Shown here: positions 8,723-16,718 of the stretch, piece after piece | Layout: each line of letters starts with the position of its first letter | How positions within the stretch are numbered: the first letter of the stretch is position 1 | From: Acidobacteriota bacterium | Lineage (GTDB): Bacteria; Acidobacteriota; UBA6911; RPQK01; DATIPO01 | DNA: 64,000 bases | NCBI GenBank assembly: GCA_035471785.1 | Contig: DATIPQ010000017.1 | Coordinates: 79,115 to 143,114 of the forward strand | Reading direction: 5' to 3' | Translations under genes and position numbers: made by a program | Notes under the pieces: model-generated | The model's database searches: none | What the model saw: the letters and a program-made list of their open reading frames with translations, nothing else | Told to the model about the DNA's origin: nothing

Positions 8723-9427
8723 ATGAGCATCTTTCGAAGAATCTTCAGAGTGGCCCAATCGGAAGCCCATTCGGTGGTGGACCAACTGGAGGATCCCATC
8801 AAGATGACCGAACAAGGGTTGCGCGACCTCAAGGACGACTTGCGCGATGCATTGGCCAGCCTGGCCCAGGTGAAATCATTGGCCATCCGCCTCAAGAAGG
8901 AATCGGAGGACGCCAAAAAGCGTGCCGCCGACTACGAGCGCAAGGCCATGATGCTGCTCAAGAAGATGCAGTCCGGCGAGCTGGAAGCCGAGCGGGCCGA
9001 ATCGCTGGCCCAGGAAGCTCTCACCAAGAAAGAGGAGAGCGACATGAGGTCCAAGCAACAAATGGGCGAGCACGAGACCCAGCAGAAGATGGCCGACCAA
9101 CTGCAGGCCAAAATCGAGAAGCTGAAGCGCTCCATCGCCCGCTACGAAAACGAGCTGACGACACTCAAAGCCCGGGCCAAGACGGCCGAGTCGATGCGCA
9201 AGATCAACCAGCAGATGTCTTCCATCGATTCCTCAGGGACCATCGCCATGCTGGAAAAGATGAAGGCCAAGGTTCAGGAAGAAGAAACCTTGGCCGAGGC
9301 TTACGGCGAAATCGCCGGACAGGAAACCAGCGTGGACGATGAGATCGAAGGCGCCCTGGGGACTCAGGCCAGCGCTAAAGCCGCCGATTCTCTGGCCGAT
9401 TTGAAGAAGAAGATGGGCATTCAATAA
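8723..9427 (+). CDS. PspA/IM30 family protein (YjfJ-like).
   Basis: MSIFRRIFRVAQSEAHSVVDQLEDPIKMTEQGLRDLKDDL is the canonical PspA/IM30 N-terminus. The protein is a long coiled coil of 234 aa. Confidence 0.8.
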   Translation: MSIFRRIFRVAQSEAHSVVDQLEDPIKMTEQGLRDLKDDLRDALASLAQVKSLAIRLKKESEDAKKRAADYERKAMMLLKKMQSGELEAERAESLAQEALTKKEESDMRSKQQMGEHETQQKMADQLQAKIEKLKRSIARYENELTTLKARAKTAESMRKINQQMSSIDSSGTIAMLEKMKAKVQEEETLAEAYGEIAGQETSVDDEIEGALGTQASAKAADSLADLKKKMGIQ

Positions 9428-9687
9428 GCTACCAGCAAAGGAATGGCCATGATCTTCTAGAGCGCCCGCGGCCCCTGGGGATGGGTGCTGGCTTGGGGAT
9501 CTTTGCCGGCTGTTCGTGTCGACTGATGCGCTTCAAGTGACCCTCGGGTCTTGATCTCGAACCAGCGGTAGGCTCCCGGCTTCAGATTCGCCCCTCCCGG
9601 GGGGTTCTTAGCGCATTCTCTGCAGTCTAGTCTCTCCAGTGCGGCCGCCGACAGGCTGCCACTAACAACCGCATTGGAGGTCAAGAC

Positions 9688-11250
9688 ATGTACGTTCCAT
9701 CCGATTTCCCCCGATTCGTTTCGCGCTTTCTTCTTTTCTGCGTGATTGTGGCGGGTTCTTTGCTCTGGGCCAGATGCGTCCTGATGACGGCCAACGGCCA
9801 GGCTTCGGGTCCTCCCCAAAGCAAGCTCTCGCCCTTTCTCCAGCGCAAGCTGGAGGCAGGCGGCGCGACCGCCCGACTCCCTGTAATCGTCGAAGTGCGC
9901 GGGCGGCAGGCTTGGAACCGCCTGCCCCGCTCGCGCTCGGCTCGCATGATCGGCCGCTCAAGCTCTCTCAGCGCCAGGCTCAGCCTTGAGGAATTGCGCC
10001 TGTGGGACCGTCACCCCGAGGTGGTGCGGATCTCCTACGACGCGCCGCTGCGGACTTTCAGCTCAGCGTCCCGCTTGGCGCCGCCTTCTCCGGCCAGCCT
10101 GTCGGAGCCCTTCCTCCAATCCCTGGGCGCAGCCGGCCTGGCCTCCCAAGGACGCGACGGAGCCGGCGTGGGAGTGGCGGTCTTCGACTCCGGCATCGCC
10201 GACCTTCCTGATCTGGAGGGCAAGGTGGTGCATCGCGTCGACTTCAGCGATGGGGCGGGGCAGCAATCCGGCTGGCGGCGCGCCGGATTCGACCCTTACG
10301 GCCATGGCACCCACGTGGCCGGAATCCTGGCCGCTTCGGGCTTGAGCGCCGACGTTCGGGGCATAGCCCCGGGCATTCACCTCATCGACGTGCGGGTGAT
10401 CGACGCCGCTGGACGCGGACGGGCCAGCGGCCTCATCGCAGCCATCGAATGGGTGATCGACAACCGCCGCCGCTTCAACATTCGGGTGGCCAACCTTTCC
10501 CTGGGTCACCTTCCCCTGCAGTCGCCGCACACCGATCCCCTGGCCCGGGCCGCCGCCCGCATGGCAGCAGCGGGAATCGTGACGGTGGCCTCGGCGGGCA
10601 ACTTCGGACGCACGCCGCGTGGCGACCGCCTGTGGGGACTGATCGCTTCTCCCGCGCACCATCCCGACCTCATCACGGTTTCGCCTCTCAACACCCGCGG
10701 TTCGGCTCACATCGATGACGACCTGGCCACCACCTATGGCTCTCGCGGACCGGCCCTCTGGGACGGCGGACTCAAACCCGACCTGACCGCTCCCGGAAAC
10801 CGCATCCCTTCGCTGGCGGCGCCGGGCAGCAGCCTGCAGCGTCAGCGTTGGCGCAGCGGGCAGGATCCCCGCACTCTCGAACTCAGCGGCGCCAGCATGG
10901 CGGTGCCTTACGTGGCGGGCGCCGCCGCGCTGCTCTTGCAGGCGGCTCCCGAGATGCAGCCCTCCATGCTCAAGCGCATCCTGACGCTCTCCTCCCGCCG
11001 CCTGGCGCGTCCCCATCTGCTCGAGCAAGGCAGCGGACTCCCCCATCTCCCTTCGGCCTTGAGGCTGGCCGAATCGCTGAACGGACTGCCCGTCTCGGCC
11101 CTGCTCCTCACCCCGTCACAGACCCCCGCCGCAAGCGGCGCCATCTGGACCGACGGAGCGATATGGACCGATGGGGCGATTTGGACCGACGGCGCCATCT
11201 GGACCGACGGCGCCATTTGGACAGACAGCACCACTGAAGACCCCGAATAA
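9688..11250 (+). CDS. Secreted subtilisin-like serine protease (peptidase S8) with a C-terminal (GAIWTD)x5 repeat.
   Basis: Catalytic triad contexts: Asp in VAVFDSGI, His in HGTHVAGI, Ser in SGASMAVPYVAGAAALL. N-terminal hydrophobic signal or anchor. GGAGGT precedes the ATG at 9688. Confidence 0.8.
   Translation: MYVPSDFPRFVSRFLLFCVIVAGSLLWARCVLMTANGQASGPPQSKLSPFLQRKLEAGGATARLPVIVEVRGRQAWNRLPRSRSARMIGRSSSLSARLSLEELRLWDRHPEVVRISYDAPLRTFSSASRLAPPSPASLSEPFLQSLGAAGLASQGRDGAGVGVAVFDSGIADLPDLEGKVVHRVDFSDGAGQQSGWRRAGFDPYGHGTHVAGILAASGLSADVRGIAPGIHLIDVRVIDAAGRGRASGLIAAIEWVIDNRRRFNIRVANLSLGHLPLQSPHTDPLARAAARMAAAGIVTVASAGNFGRTPRGDRLWGLIASPAHHPDLITVSPLNTRGSAHIDDDLATTYGSRGPALWDGGLKPDLTAPGNRIPSLAAPGSSLQRQRWRSGQDPRTLELSGASMAVPYVAGAAALLLQAAPEMQPSMLKRILTLSSRRLARPHLLEQGSGLPHLPSALRLAESLNGLPVSALLLTPSQTPAASGAIWTDGAIWTDGAIWTDGAIWTDGAIWTDSTTEDPE
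11137..11226 (+). repeat. In-frame tandem repeat, 5 x 18 nt, encoding GAIWTD five times at the C-terminus of the S8 protease.
   Basis: ggcgccatctggaccgac / ggagcgatatggaccgat / ggggcgatttggaccgac / ggcgccatctggaccgac / ggcgccatttggacagac. The copies differ only at synonymous third positions. Confidence 0.85.
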
Positions 11251-11318
11251 CCGACCCTCGGGCCTGAACAATCGGCGTCCCCATTGCGTAGAGATCCTAC
11301 GGAGGTGAAAAGAAGACG

Positions 11319-11510
11319 ATGTTGAAGTTTTTGCTTTGGTGCCTGCTCTTCGTATTGTGCTGGCCGGTTGCCATTCTGGCCCTGATTCTCTACCCCTTCG
11401 TATGGCTTGTGTTGCTGCCATTTCGATTGCTGGGAATCGCCGTGGGAGCCGTCTTCGACTTCCTGTGGGCTGTCCTGACTCTGCCCGCCCGGGTCTTAAA
11501 AGCCATCTAA
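11319..11510 (+). CDS. Small hydrophobic membrane protein (63 aa).
   Basis: ATG at 11319 preceded by GGAGGTG. The sequence is almost entirely hydrophobic (MLKFLLWCLLFVLCWPVAILALILYPFVWLVLLPF...) and predicts two TM helices. Confidence 0.45.
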   Translation: MLKFLLWCLLFVLCWPVAILALILYPFVWLVLLPFRLLGIAVGAVFDFLWAVLTLPARVLKAI

Positions 11511-11555
11511 CCAGGTGCCTGCCTGCCCTCCATAGCCGTGGCGAAGGGGGCCGAC

Positions 11556-11602
11556 AGAAAAAGCGCCGCCCGGCGATTGCCGTAGGCGGCGCTCCTTTTT
11601 CC
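11556..11602. terminator. Bidirectional rho-independent terminator candidate between convergent genes.
   Basis: aaaaagcgccgcc-cggcgattgccgta-ggcggcgct-ccttttt. A GC-rich 9-bp stem is flanked by an A-run on the left and a T-run on the right. Confidence 0.5.
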
Positions 11603-11626
11603 CAGCCTGATTGTTCTCTGCCGACC

Positions 11627-12430
11627 CTACCGCTGGGGCGGTTTGGTGGTGAAGTCGGCGGTGGCCGTTCCGCCGTCGGTAACGGTCACTTCCTGGCTTT
11701 GCGTTCCGAACACCTCGTGCCACAGTTCCACCGTGTAGGTTCCGGCGGGAAGTCCTGCGATCTCATAGCTCCCGTCGGCTCCGGTGACGGCGAAGTAGGG
11801 ATGTTCGAAGACCTGGACCCAGGCCTTCATCCAGGGGTGGACATCGCATTTGACCTCGAAGGGGGCTTCAGGCCTGGAGAAGGTCTTGTCCGTTTCGGTG
11901 ACCGAGGCCGGCATGGGCACGTTGAACTCGCGGTTGACGTTGGGCAAAGCGTGCACGTTGTGCAGGATGCCGTCCGAATTATGGAAGCGCAGCGTCTGGT
12001 TGGCCATCAGGCCCACTACGCGGGGCACGTACTTGCATCCCTTCTGGTCGATGATGACGGGATCGGAAGGAGTGGCGTGGCTGCCCTCGGGAAGTCCGCC
12101 GGTCACGCGCACGATGGCATTGGCCAAAGTCTTTCCTTCGCCCAGCATCAGCATTTCGTTCATGGGCGGGGTCTCGTGCATCTCTTGGCACTTGGGGTCG
12201 GCTTCCATGCTCAGAGGACGCGGCGTGGGCGCGGTGCCCTCGAACACGACGGTCCCCGAAATCTTGGCAGTGCCGCTGGGCGCGGTCTGGGCCGTGCCGG
12301 AGGCCTCGTCCCCGCCTCCGCCGGCCGAGTCGCCTTCTTCGCCGCCTCCGCCCCCGCCTCCGCAGGCGGCGGCGAAAACCACCAACGTCAGCATCATCAT
12401 CAAGGCCAGTAATCCTCTCAATCTGCTCAT
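11627..12430 (-). CDS. Lipoprotein carrying an amicyanin/plastocyanin-like type-1 copper (cupredoxin) domain.
   Basis: Reverse ATG at 12428-12430 (MSRLRGLLALMMMLTLVVFAAAC). Lipobox FAAAC followed by a Gly-rich linker. Cupredoxin signatures: the upstream His ligand context RFHNSDGILHNVH and the C-terminal ligand loop KCDVHPWMKAWVQV (C-x2-H-x2-M, as in amicyanin CTPHPFM). Carboxypeptidase-regulatory-like strands (ISGTVVFEG ... GSYEIAGLPAGTYTVELW) flank the cupredoxin. The track ORF extends to 12556. Confidence 0.55.
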   Translation of the reverse strand: MSRLRGLLALMMMLTLVVFAAACGGGGGGGEEGDSAGGGGDEASGTAQTAPSGTAKISGTVVFEGTAPTPRPLSMEADPKCQEMHETPPMNEMLMLGEGKTLANAIVRVTGGLPEGSHATPSDPVIIDQKGCKYVPRVVGLMANQTLRFHNSDGILHNVHALPNVNREFNVPMPASVTETDKTFSRPEAPFEVKCDVHPWMKAWVQVFEHPYFAVTGADGSYEIAGLPAGTYTVELWHEVFGTQSQEVTVTDGGTATADFTTKPPQR

Positions 12431-12614
12431 GAAATCAATCCCTCCATTCAAAATCCAATTATCGCCCGCAGGGGACGCCGAATCGCTCTTCATTGCGATC
12501 CCGAATCGGGAACTCCCCGCAACGCCCCCGCTTCTTACGTGGGTCGGCAAGTGCATCGGATTGTATCCCGCAGCCCCTACAGGGTCAAGAATCCCCTATT
12601 TTTGGGACAGCCTG

Positions 12615-12643
12615 TTGGAAAGGTGCGGCGCTGCTGCTATACT
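12615..12643 (+). promoter_or_regulatory. Sigma-70-type promoter candidate for the cytochrome oxidase operon.
   Basis: TTGGAA (12615-12620), a 17-nt spacer, then TATACT (12638-12643), about 70 nt upstream of the coxA ATG. Confidence 0.4.
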
Positions 12644-12713
12644 GCGTCCCGTCGCGCGCCGGTTCGACGGCGAGCGGGACTAAAACGCAACCGTCAAGGG
12701 GGGATCTTTGCCT

Positions 12714-14513
12714 ATGGGGGGCAACCACGACCATACCAGGACCGACCATCCCGAGGAATTCGACCACCCGGAAGAGCATGGGCACCATGAGCATCACGAA
12801 CTGGGCTTTTGGCGCAAGTACGTCTTCTCGGTCGATCACAAGGTCATCGGAATCCAGTACTCCATCACCGCTTTGTTGTTCCTGTTTTTCGGCTTCTGCC
12901 TGATGATGATCATGCGCTGGCAGCTGGCCTTTCCCGAGCAGCCGCTGCCCTTTCTGGGAGCCCTGCTGGGAGACGGGATGCCGGGCGGGGTCATGCTGCC
13001 CGACTTCTACAACGAGTTGGGGGCCATGCATGGCACCATCATGGTCTTCCTGGGCGTCGTCCCGCTGGCGGTCGGCGGATTCGGCAATTTCGTGGTGCCC
13101 CTGCAGATCGGGGCCCCCGACATGGCCTTCCCCCGCCTCAACATGTTCAGCTACCACGTCTACTGGATCGGCGGCGTGGTCATGCTGGCCAGCTTCTTCC
13201 TTCCCGGAGGAGCCGCCAACTCGGGCTGGACGGCCTATCCGCCGCTCTCGGTCATCGCCACCATCGGACAGACCTTCTGGCTGCTGGGAATGGTCTTCCT
13301 CATCACCTCTTCGCTCTTCGGAGCCATCAACTTCATCACCACCATCATTCAACTGCGGGCTCCCGGGCTCAGCTTCATGCGTCTGCCTTTCTTCGTCTGG
13401 GCCCAATTCGTTACGGCCTTCCTGCTGCTGCTGGCTTTCCCGCCGCTGGAAGGGGCCGCCATCCTGCAGTTGATGGACCGTCTGGCCGATACCAGCTTCT
13501 TCATGCCTTCGGGCCTGGTGGTGAGCGGACAGGTGCTGGAGCTGAGCGGCGGCGGCAGCCCCATTCTGTGGCAGCATCTGTTCTGGTTCCTGGCCCACCC
13601 CGAGGTTTACGTCCTCATTCTTCCGGCCATGGGAATCGTGTCCGAGATCATCGCCAACAACACGCGCAAGCCCCTGTGGGGCTACAAGTCGCTGGTCTAC
13701 GCGCTCGTCTTCCTGGGATTCATGAGCTTCATCGTGTGGGCCCACCACATGTTCATCACTGGGATGGGAACGGCCATGGCCGCCTTCTTCCAGACCACGA
13801 CCATGATCATCTCTATCCCCTCGGTGATCATTTTGACGGCCCTGCTCTTATCGCTGTGGGGGGCGTCGATCCGCTTCAACACCCCCATGCTCTTCGCCCT
13901 GGCCTTCTTGCCCATGTTCGGCATCGGCGGACTGACCGGACTGCCTTTGGGACTGACGGCGACCGACATTCCGCTGCACGATACCTACTACGTCATCGGG
14001 CACTTCCACTATGTGGTGGCGCCCGGCACCATCTTCGCCCTCATGGCGGGGGTCTACTACTGGTTCCCCAAAGCCACCGGACGCCGCATGAACGAGTTCT
14101 TGGGCAAGCTTCACTTTTGGCCCTCGCTGATCTTCATGAACGGAATCTTCTTCCCCATGCTCATCCAGGGGATGGCGGGCGTTTCCAGGCGTCTTTACGA
14201 CGGCGGCGCCATTTACGACTTCGCCCAGGACACGCTCTACCTCAACCAGGTCATGTCTTACTCGGCCTGGGGACTGGGACTTGTCCAGATCCCCTTTATT
14301 TTCAACTTCTTCTGGAGCATCTGGAAAGGCGCCAAGGTGGGACGCAACCCCTGGCAAGCCACCACCTTGGAATGGCTGGCTCCCTCGCCGCCGCCTCACG
14401 GCAACTTCGAGACCGTGCCTGAGGTCTACCGCGGGCCCTATGAGTACAACGTCCCCGGATCGGGCGACGACGGCTACATTCCCCAGTACAAGTCCAAGGG
14501 AGGTGGAGAATGA
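12714..14513 (+). CDS. ctaD: Cytochrome c oxidase subunit I.
   Basis: Heme-copper oxidase subunit I. Conserved His ligands and 12 TM helices are evident (WFFGHPEVY-like LFWFLAHPEVYVLILPAMG, HHMF, HFHYV). The ATG at 12714 follows AAGGGGGGAT. The track uses TTG at 12708. Confidence 0.9.
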   Translation: MGGNHDHTRTDHPEEFDHPEEHGHHEHHELGFWRKYVFSVDHKVIGIQYSITALLFLFFGFCLMMIMRWQLAFPEQPLPFLGALLGDGMPGGVMLPDFYNELGAMHGTIMVFLGVVPLAVGGFGNFVVPLQIGAPDMAFPRLNMFSYHVYWIGGVVMLASFFLPGGAANSGWTAYPPLSVIATIGQTFWLLGMVFLITSSLFGAINFITTIIQLRAPGLSFMRLPFFVWAQFVTAFLLLLAFPPLEGAAILQLMDRLADTSFFMPSGLVVSGQVLELSGGGSPILWQHLFWFLAHPEVYVLILPAMGIVSEIIANNTRKPLWGYKSLVYALVFLGFMSFIVWAHHMFITGMGTAMAAFFQTTTMIISIPSVIILTALLLSLWGASIRFNTPMLFALAFLPMFGIGGLTGLPLGLTATDIPLHDTYYVIGHFHYVVAPGTIFALMAGVYYWFPKATGRRMNEFLGKLHFWPSLIFMNGIFFPMLIQGMAGVSRRLYDGGAIYDFAQDTLYLNQVMSYSAWGLGLVQIPFIFNFFWSIWKGAKVGRNPWQATTLEWLAPSPPPHGNFETVPEVYRGPYEYNVPGSGDDGYIPQYKSKGGGE

Positions 14514-15118
14514 GCAGCGAGATTCCCTACACGGTCGACGTCCGGCCCGATACCGGACTCAACAACGTCAAGATCGGCATCTGGCTCTTTCTGGCCTCTG
14601 AAGTGATGCTCTTCGGGTCCTTCTTCGCCTCCTACATCCTTCTGCGCGTGGGCGCGGCGCCGGGGACCTGGCCGGAAGGAGCGTCGATACTCAACGTGCC
14701 TCTGGCCTTCGTCAACACGGTGGTGCTCATCACCTCCTCGGTGACCATGGTCATGGCCTGGGCTTCGCTCAAGCGCAAGGACCTGGGCAAATACAAGCTC
14801 TACATGGGCCTGACCATCCTCTGCGGCGTCATCTTCATGGTCATCAAGGCCGTCGAATACAATTCCAAGTTCGCCCACGATCCGCCTTTGCTGCCCAGTT
14901 CAAGCACCTTCCTGGCCATCTACTTCACCATGACCGGGCTGCACGCCCTTCACGTGGTGGGAGGAAGCGTGGTCAACGCCTACCTTTGGGGACCGGGGGC
15001 CAAGCTGTGGAAAACCGATCCCGAGATGTTCACCAACCGGGTGGAGGCTGCCGGGCTCTTCTGGCACCTGGTCGACCTCATTTGGATCTTCTTGTTCCCC
15101 GTTCTCTATCTGCTCTAG
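14510..15118 (+). CDS. ctaE: Cytochrome c oxidase subunit III.
   Basis: The first four bases overlap the coxA stop (ATGA at 14510). Short five-helix subunit III-type protein (IGIWLFLASEVMLFGSFFASY, HVVGG, WHLVDLIWIFLFP). Confidence 0.85.
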   Translation: MSSEIPYTVDVRPDTGLNNVKIGIWLFLASEVMLFGSFFASYILLRVGAAPGTWPEGASILNVPLAFVNTVVLITSSVTMVMAWASLKRKDLGKYKLYMGLTILCGVIFMVIKAVEYNSKFAHDPPLLPSSSTFLAIYFTMTGLHALHVVGGSVVNAYLWGPGAKLWKTDPEMFTNRVEAAGLFWHLVDLIWIFLFPVLYLL

Positions 15119-15131
15119 GAGGGAGTTCTTC

Positions 15132-15443
15132 ATGGCCCATGAGATGAGTGAAGAGGAAATCAGAAAACACGTCCGCGTCTACTTGTTCGTCTTCGGCGCC
15201 CTGCTGGCGCTGACGGTCATCACGGTGGCCGCTTCTTACCTGCATCACGTGGTGCCGATGTCGGTTTCCATCGTCATCGCGCTCTTCATCGCCATCATCA
15301 AGGGATCGCTGGTGGCCTGCTACTTCATGCACCTGATCGACGAGCGCAAGATGATCTATTGGACGCTCATCCTGACGGCGGTTTTCTTTGTCGGGCTGCT
15401 GCTGCTGCCCTTCTTTTCGAAGCTTGATCAAGTGCAGACTTGA
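15132..15443 (+). CDS. Cytochrome c oxidase subunit IV (prokaryotic CoxD/CtaF type).
   Basis: 103 aa with three TM helices. The MAHEMSEEEIRKHVRVYLFVFGALLALTVITVAASY pattern matches bacterial caa3/aa3 subunit IV. Confidence 0.65.
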   Translation: MAHEMSEEEIRKHVRVYLFVFGALLALTVITVAASYLHHVVPMSVSIVIALFIAIIKGSLVACYFMHLIDERKMIYWTLILTAVFFVGLLLLPFFSKLDQVQT

Positions 15444-15464
15444 GCCGTCGTCTAAAATGGACTT

Positions 15465-15659
15465 ATGTCGTTAAAAGGATTTCACATCGTATTCATCGTT
15501 CTGTCCTCGGCCATGGCCTTCGTCGTGGGGCTGTGGGCGCTGCAACAGGACGGTGGCGGGTACACGGCTCTGGCAGTCCTCTCGCTGGCCATGGGAGCGG
15601 GACTGGTGGGCTATGGCCTGTGGTTTTTGAGAAAACTCAAGCACGTGAGCACGCTATGA
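15465..15659 (+). CDS. Small two-TM membrane protein inside the oxidase operon.
   Basis: 64 aa with two hydrophobic helices. Stop TGA at 15657-15659 overlaps the next ATG at 15656 (ATGA), consistent with translational coupling inside the cox operon. Confidence 0.4.
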   Translation: MSLKGFHIVFIVLSSAMAFVVGLWALQQDGGGYTALAVLSLAMGAGLVGYGLWFLRKLKHVSTL

Positions 15660-15904
15660 GAAGAATCGCCAAAGTACTTGCAAGAGGCTTGGCCTTGTGC
15701 CTGCTGCTGCAGTTTTGGGCCTCGGACGCCTGGGCCTGCGAGGTCTGTTACGGCAAGGCCGAGTCGCCCATCATCGACGGCATGAACATGTCGGTTCTCT
15801 TTATGCTGGCCACCACCTATGTCCTCATCGTGGGTATGGCCGGAGGGTTCTTCGTGCTGCGCCGCAAGGCGCTGGCCAAGAAGCGCTGCGAGGAGGGATC
15901 GTAG
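15656..15904 (+). CDS. Small signal-peptide protein with an ACEVCYGK (CxxC) motif and a C-terminal TM anchor.
   Basis: ATG at 15656, in frame within track ORF 15440..15904. MRRIAKVLARGLALCLLLQFWASDAWACEVCYGK, then an Ile/Met-rich TM helix (VLFMLATTYVLIVGMAGGFFVL) and a basic tail. Located between coxD and coxB. Confidence 0.4.
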   Translation: MRRIAKVLARGLALCLLLQFWASDAWACEVCYGKAESPIIDGMNMSVLFMLATTYVLIVGMAGGFFVLRRKALAKKRCEEGS

Positions 15905-15907
15905 AAC

Positions 15908-16717
15908 ATGGAACGGTTTCTGGGACTACCTGAACAGGCTTCGGCTCACGCCGGACAAATCGACTACATGATGGGGCTGGTGCACATCCTCATGCTGCTG
16001 CTCTTCGTAGGATGGGGATTCTATTTCCTCTACGTCCTCTACCGTTTCCGCGCCTCCAGGCAGCCGACTGCCGACGCCACCGGAGTCAAGGGCAAGGCTT
16101 CCAGCTACGTGGAAGCCGCGGTAGCCATCGCCGAGGCCGTTCTGCTGATCGGGTTCTCCATGCCACTGTGGGCCGAGCGGGTCAACGAGTTCCCCTCCGA
16201 GGAAGAGGCCGTGGTGGCCCGCGTCGTTGGTGAGCAGTTCGCCTGGAACGTCCACTACCCGGGAGCGGACGGCGTCTTCGGACGCACCGACATCAACCTC
16301 ATCGACGTGGAAACCAACCCACTGGGGCTGGACACCAGCGATCCCTATGCCAAGGACGACATCACGACTCTTAATCAGCTCCATCTGCCCGTCGACAAGC
16401 CGGCTCTCATCTACCTTTCCAGCAAAGACGTGATCCACAGCTTCAACCTGCCTCACCATCGCGTCAAGCAGGACGCCATTCCGGGGCTCAGCATTCCGGT
16501 CTGGTTCGTCCCCACCGTGACCAACGCCGAAATGGCCCAGCGCACGGGGAAAGACGGTTTCACTTACGAGATCGCCTGCGCCCAACTGTGCGGACTGGGC
16601 CATTACCGCATGCGCGGCTTCCTGACCGTGGAGAGCGAAGAAGAGTTCGAAGCCTGGCTCAAGCAGCGGGCCGAGCAAGCCGCGCCTGCGTCGGGCGACG
16701 ACTTCTGGAACCAGTAA
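15908..16717 (+). CDS. ctaC: Cytochrome c oxidase subunit II with a CuA cupredoxin domain and no fused cytochrome c domain.
   Basis: Two N-terminal TM helices. CuA ligands: DVIHSFNLP (His) and YEIACAQLCGLGHYRMRG (C-x3-C-x3-H-x2-M). The protein ends shortly after the CuA domain, with no CxxCH motif. Confidence 0.85.
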   Translation: MERFLGLPEQASAHAGQIDYMMGLVHILMLLLFVGWGFYFLYVLYRFRASRQPTADATGVKGKASSYVEAAVAIAEAVLLIGFSMPLWAERVNEFPSEEEAVVARVVGEQFAWNVHYPGADGVFGRTDINLIDVETNPLGLDTSDPYAKDDITTLNQLHLPVDKPALIYLSSKDVIHSFNLPHHRVKQDAIPGLSIPVWFVPTVTNAEMAQRTGKDGFTYEIACAQLCGLGHYRMRGFLTVESEEEFEAWLKQRAEQAAPASGDDFWNQ

Positions 16718-16718
16718 T

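Noticed and set aside
1124-9556. Shared 13-14-mer cctcgggtcttga at 1124-1140 and 9537-9556.
   Set aside because: A match of this length is expected by chance many times in a 64-kb high-GC window analysed on both strands.
9537-9600. tRNA-like GGTCTTGATCTCGAACC segment in the PspA-S8 intergenic region.
   Set aside because: The T-arm pairing does not hold (GGTTC versus AGACC), and no acceptor or anticodon stems could be built.
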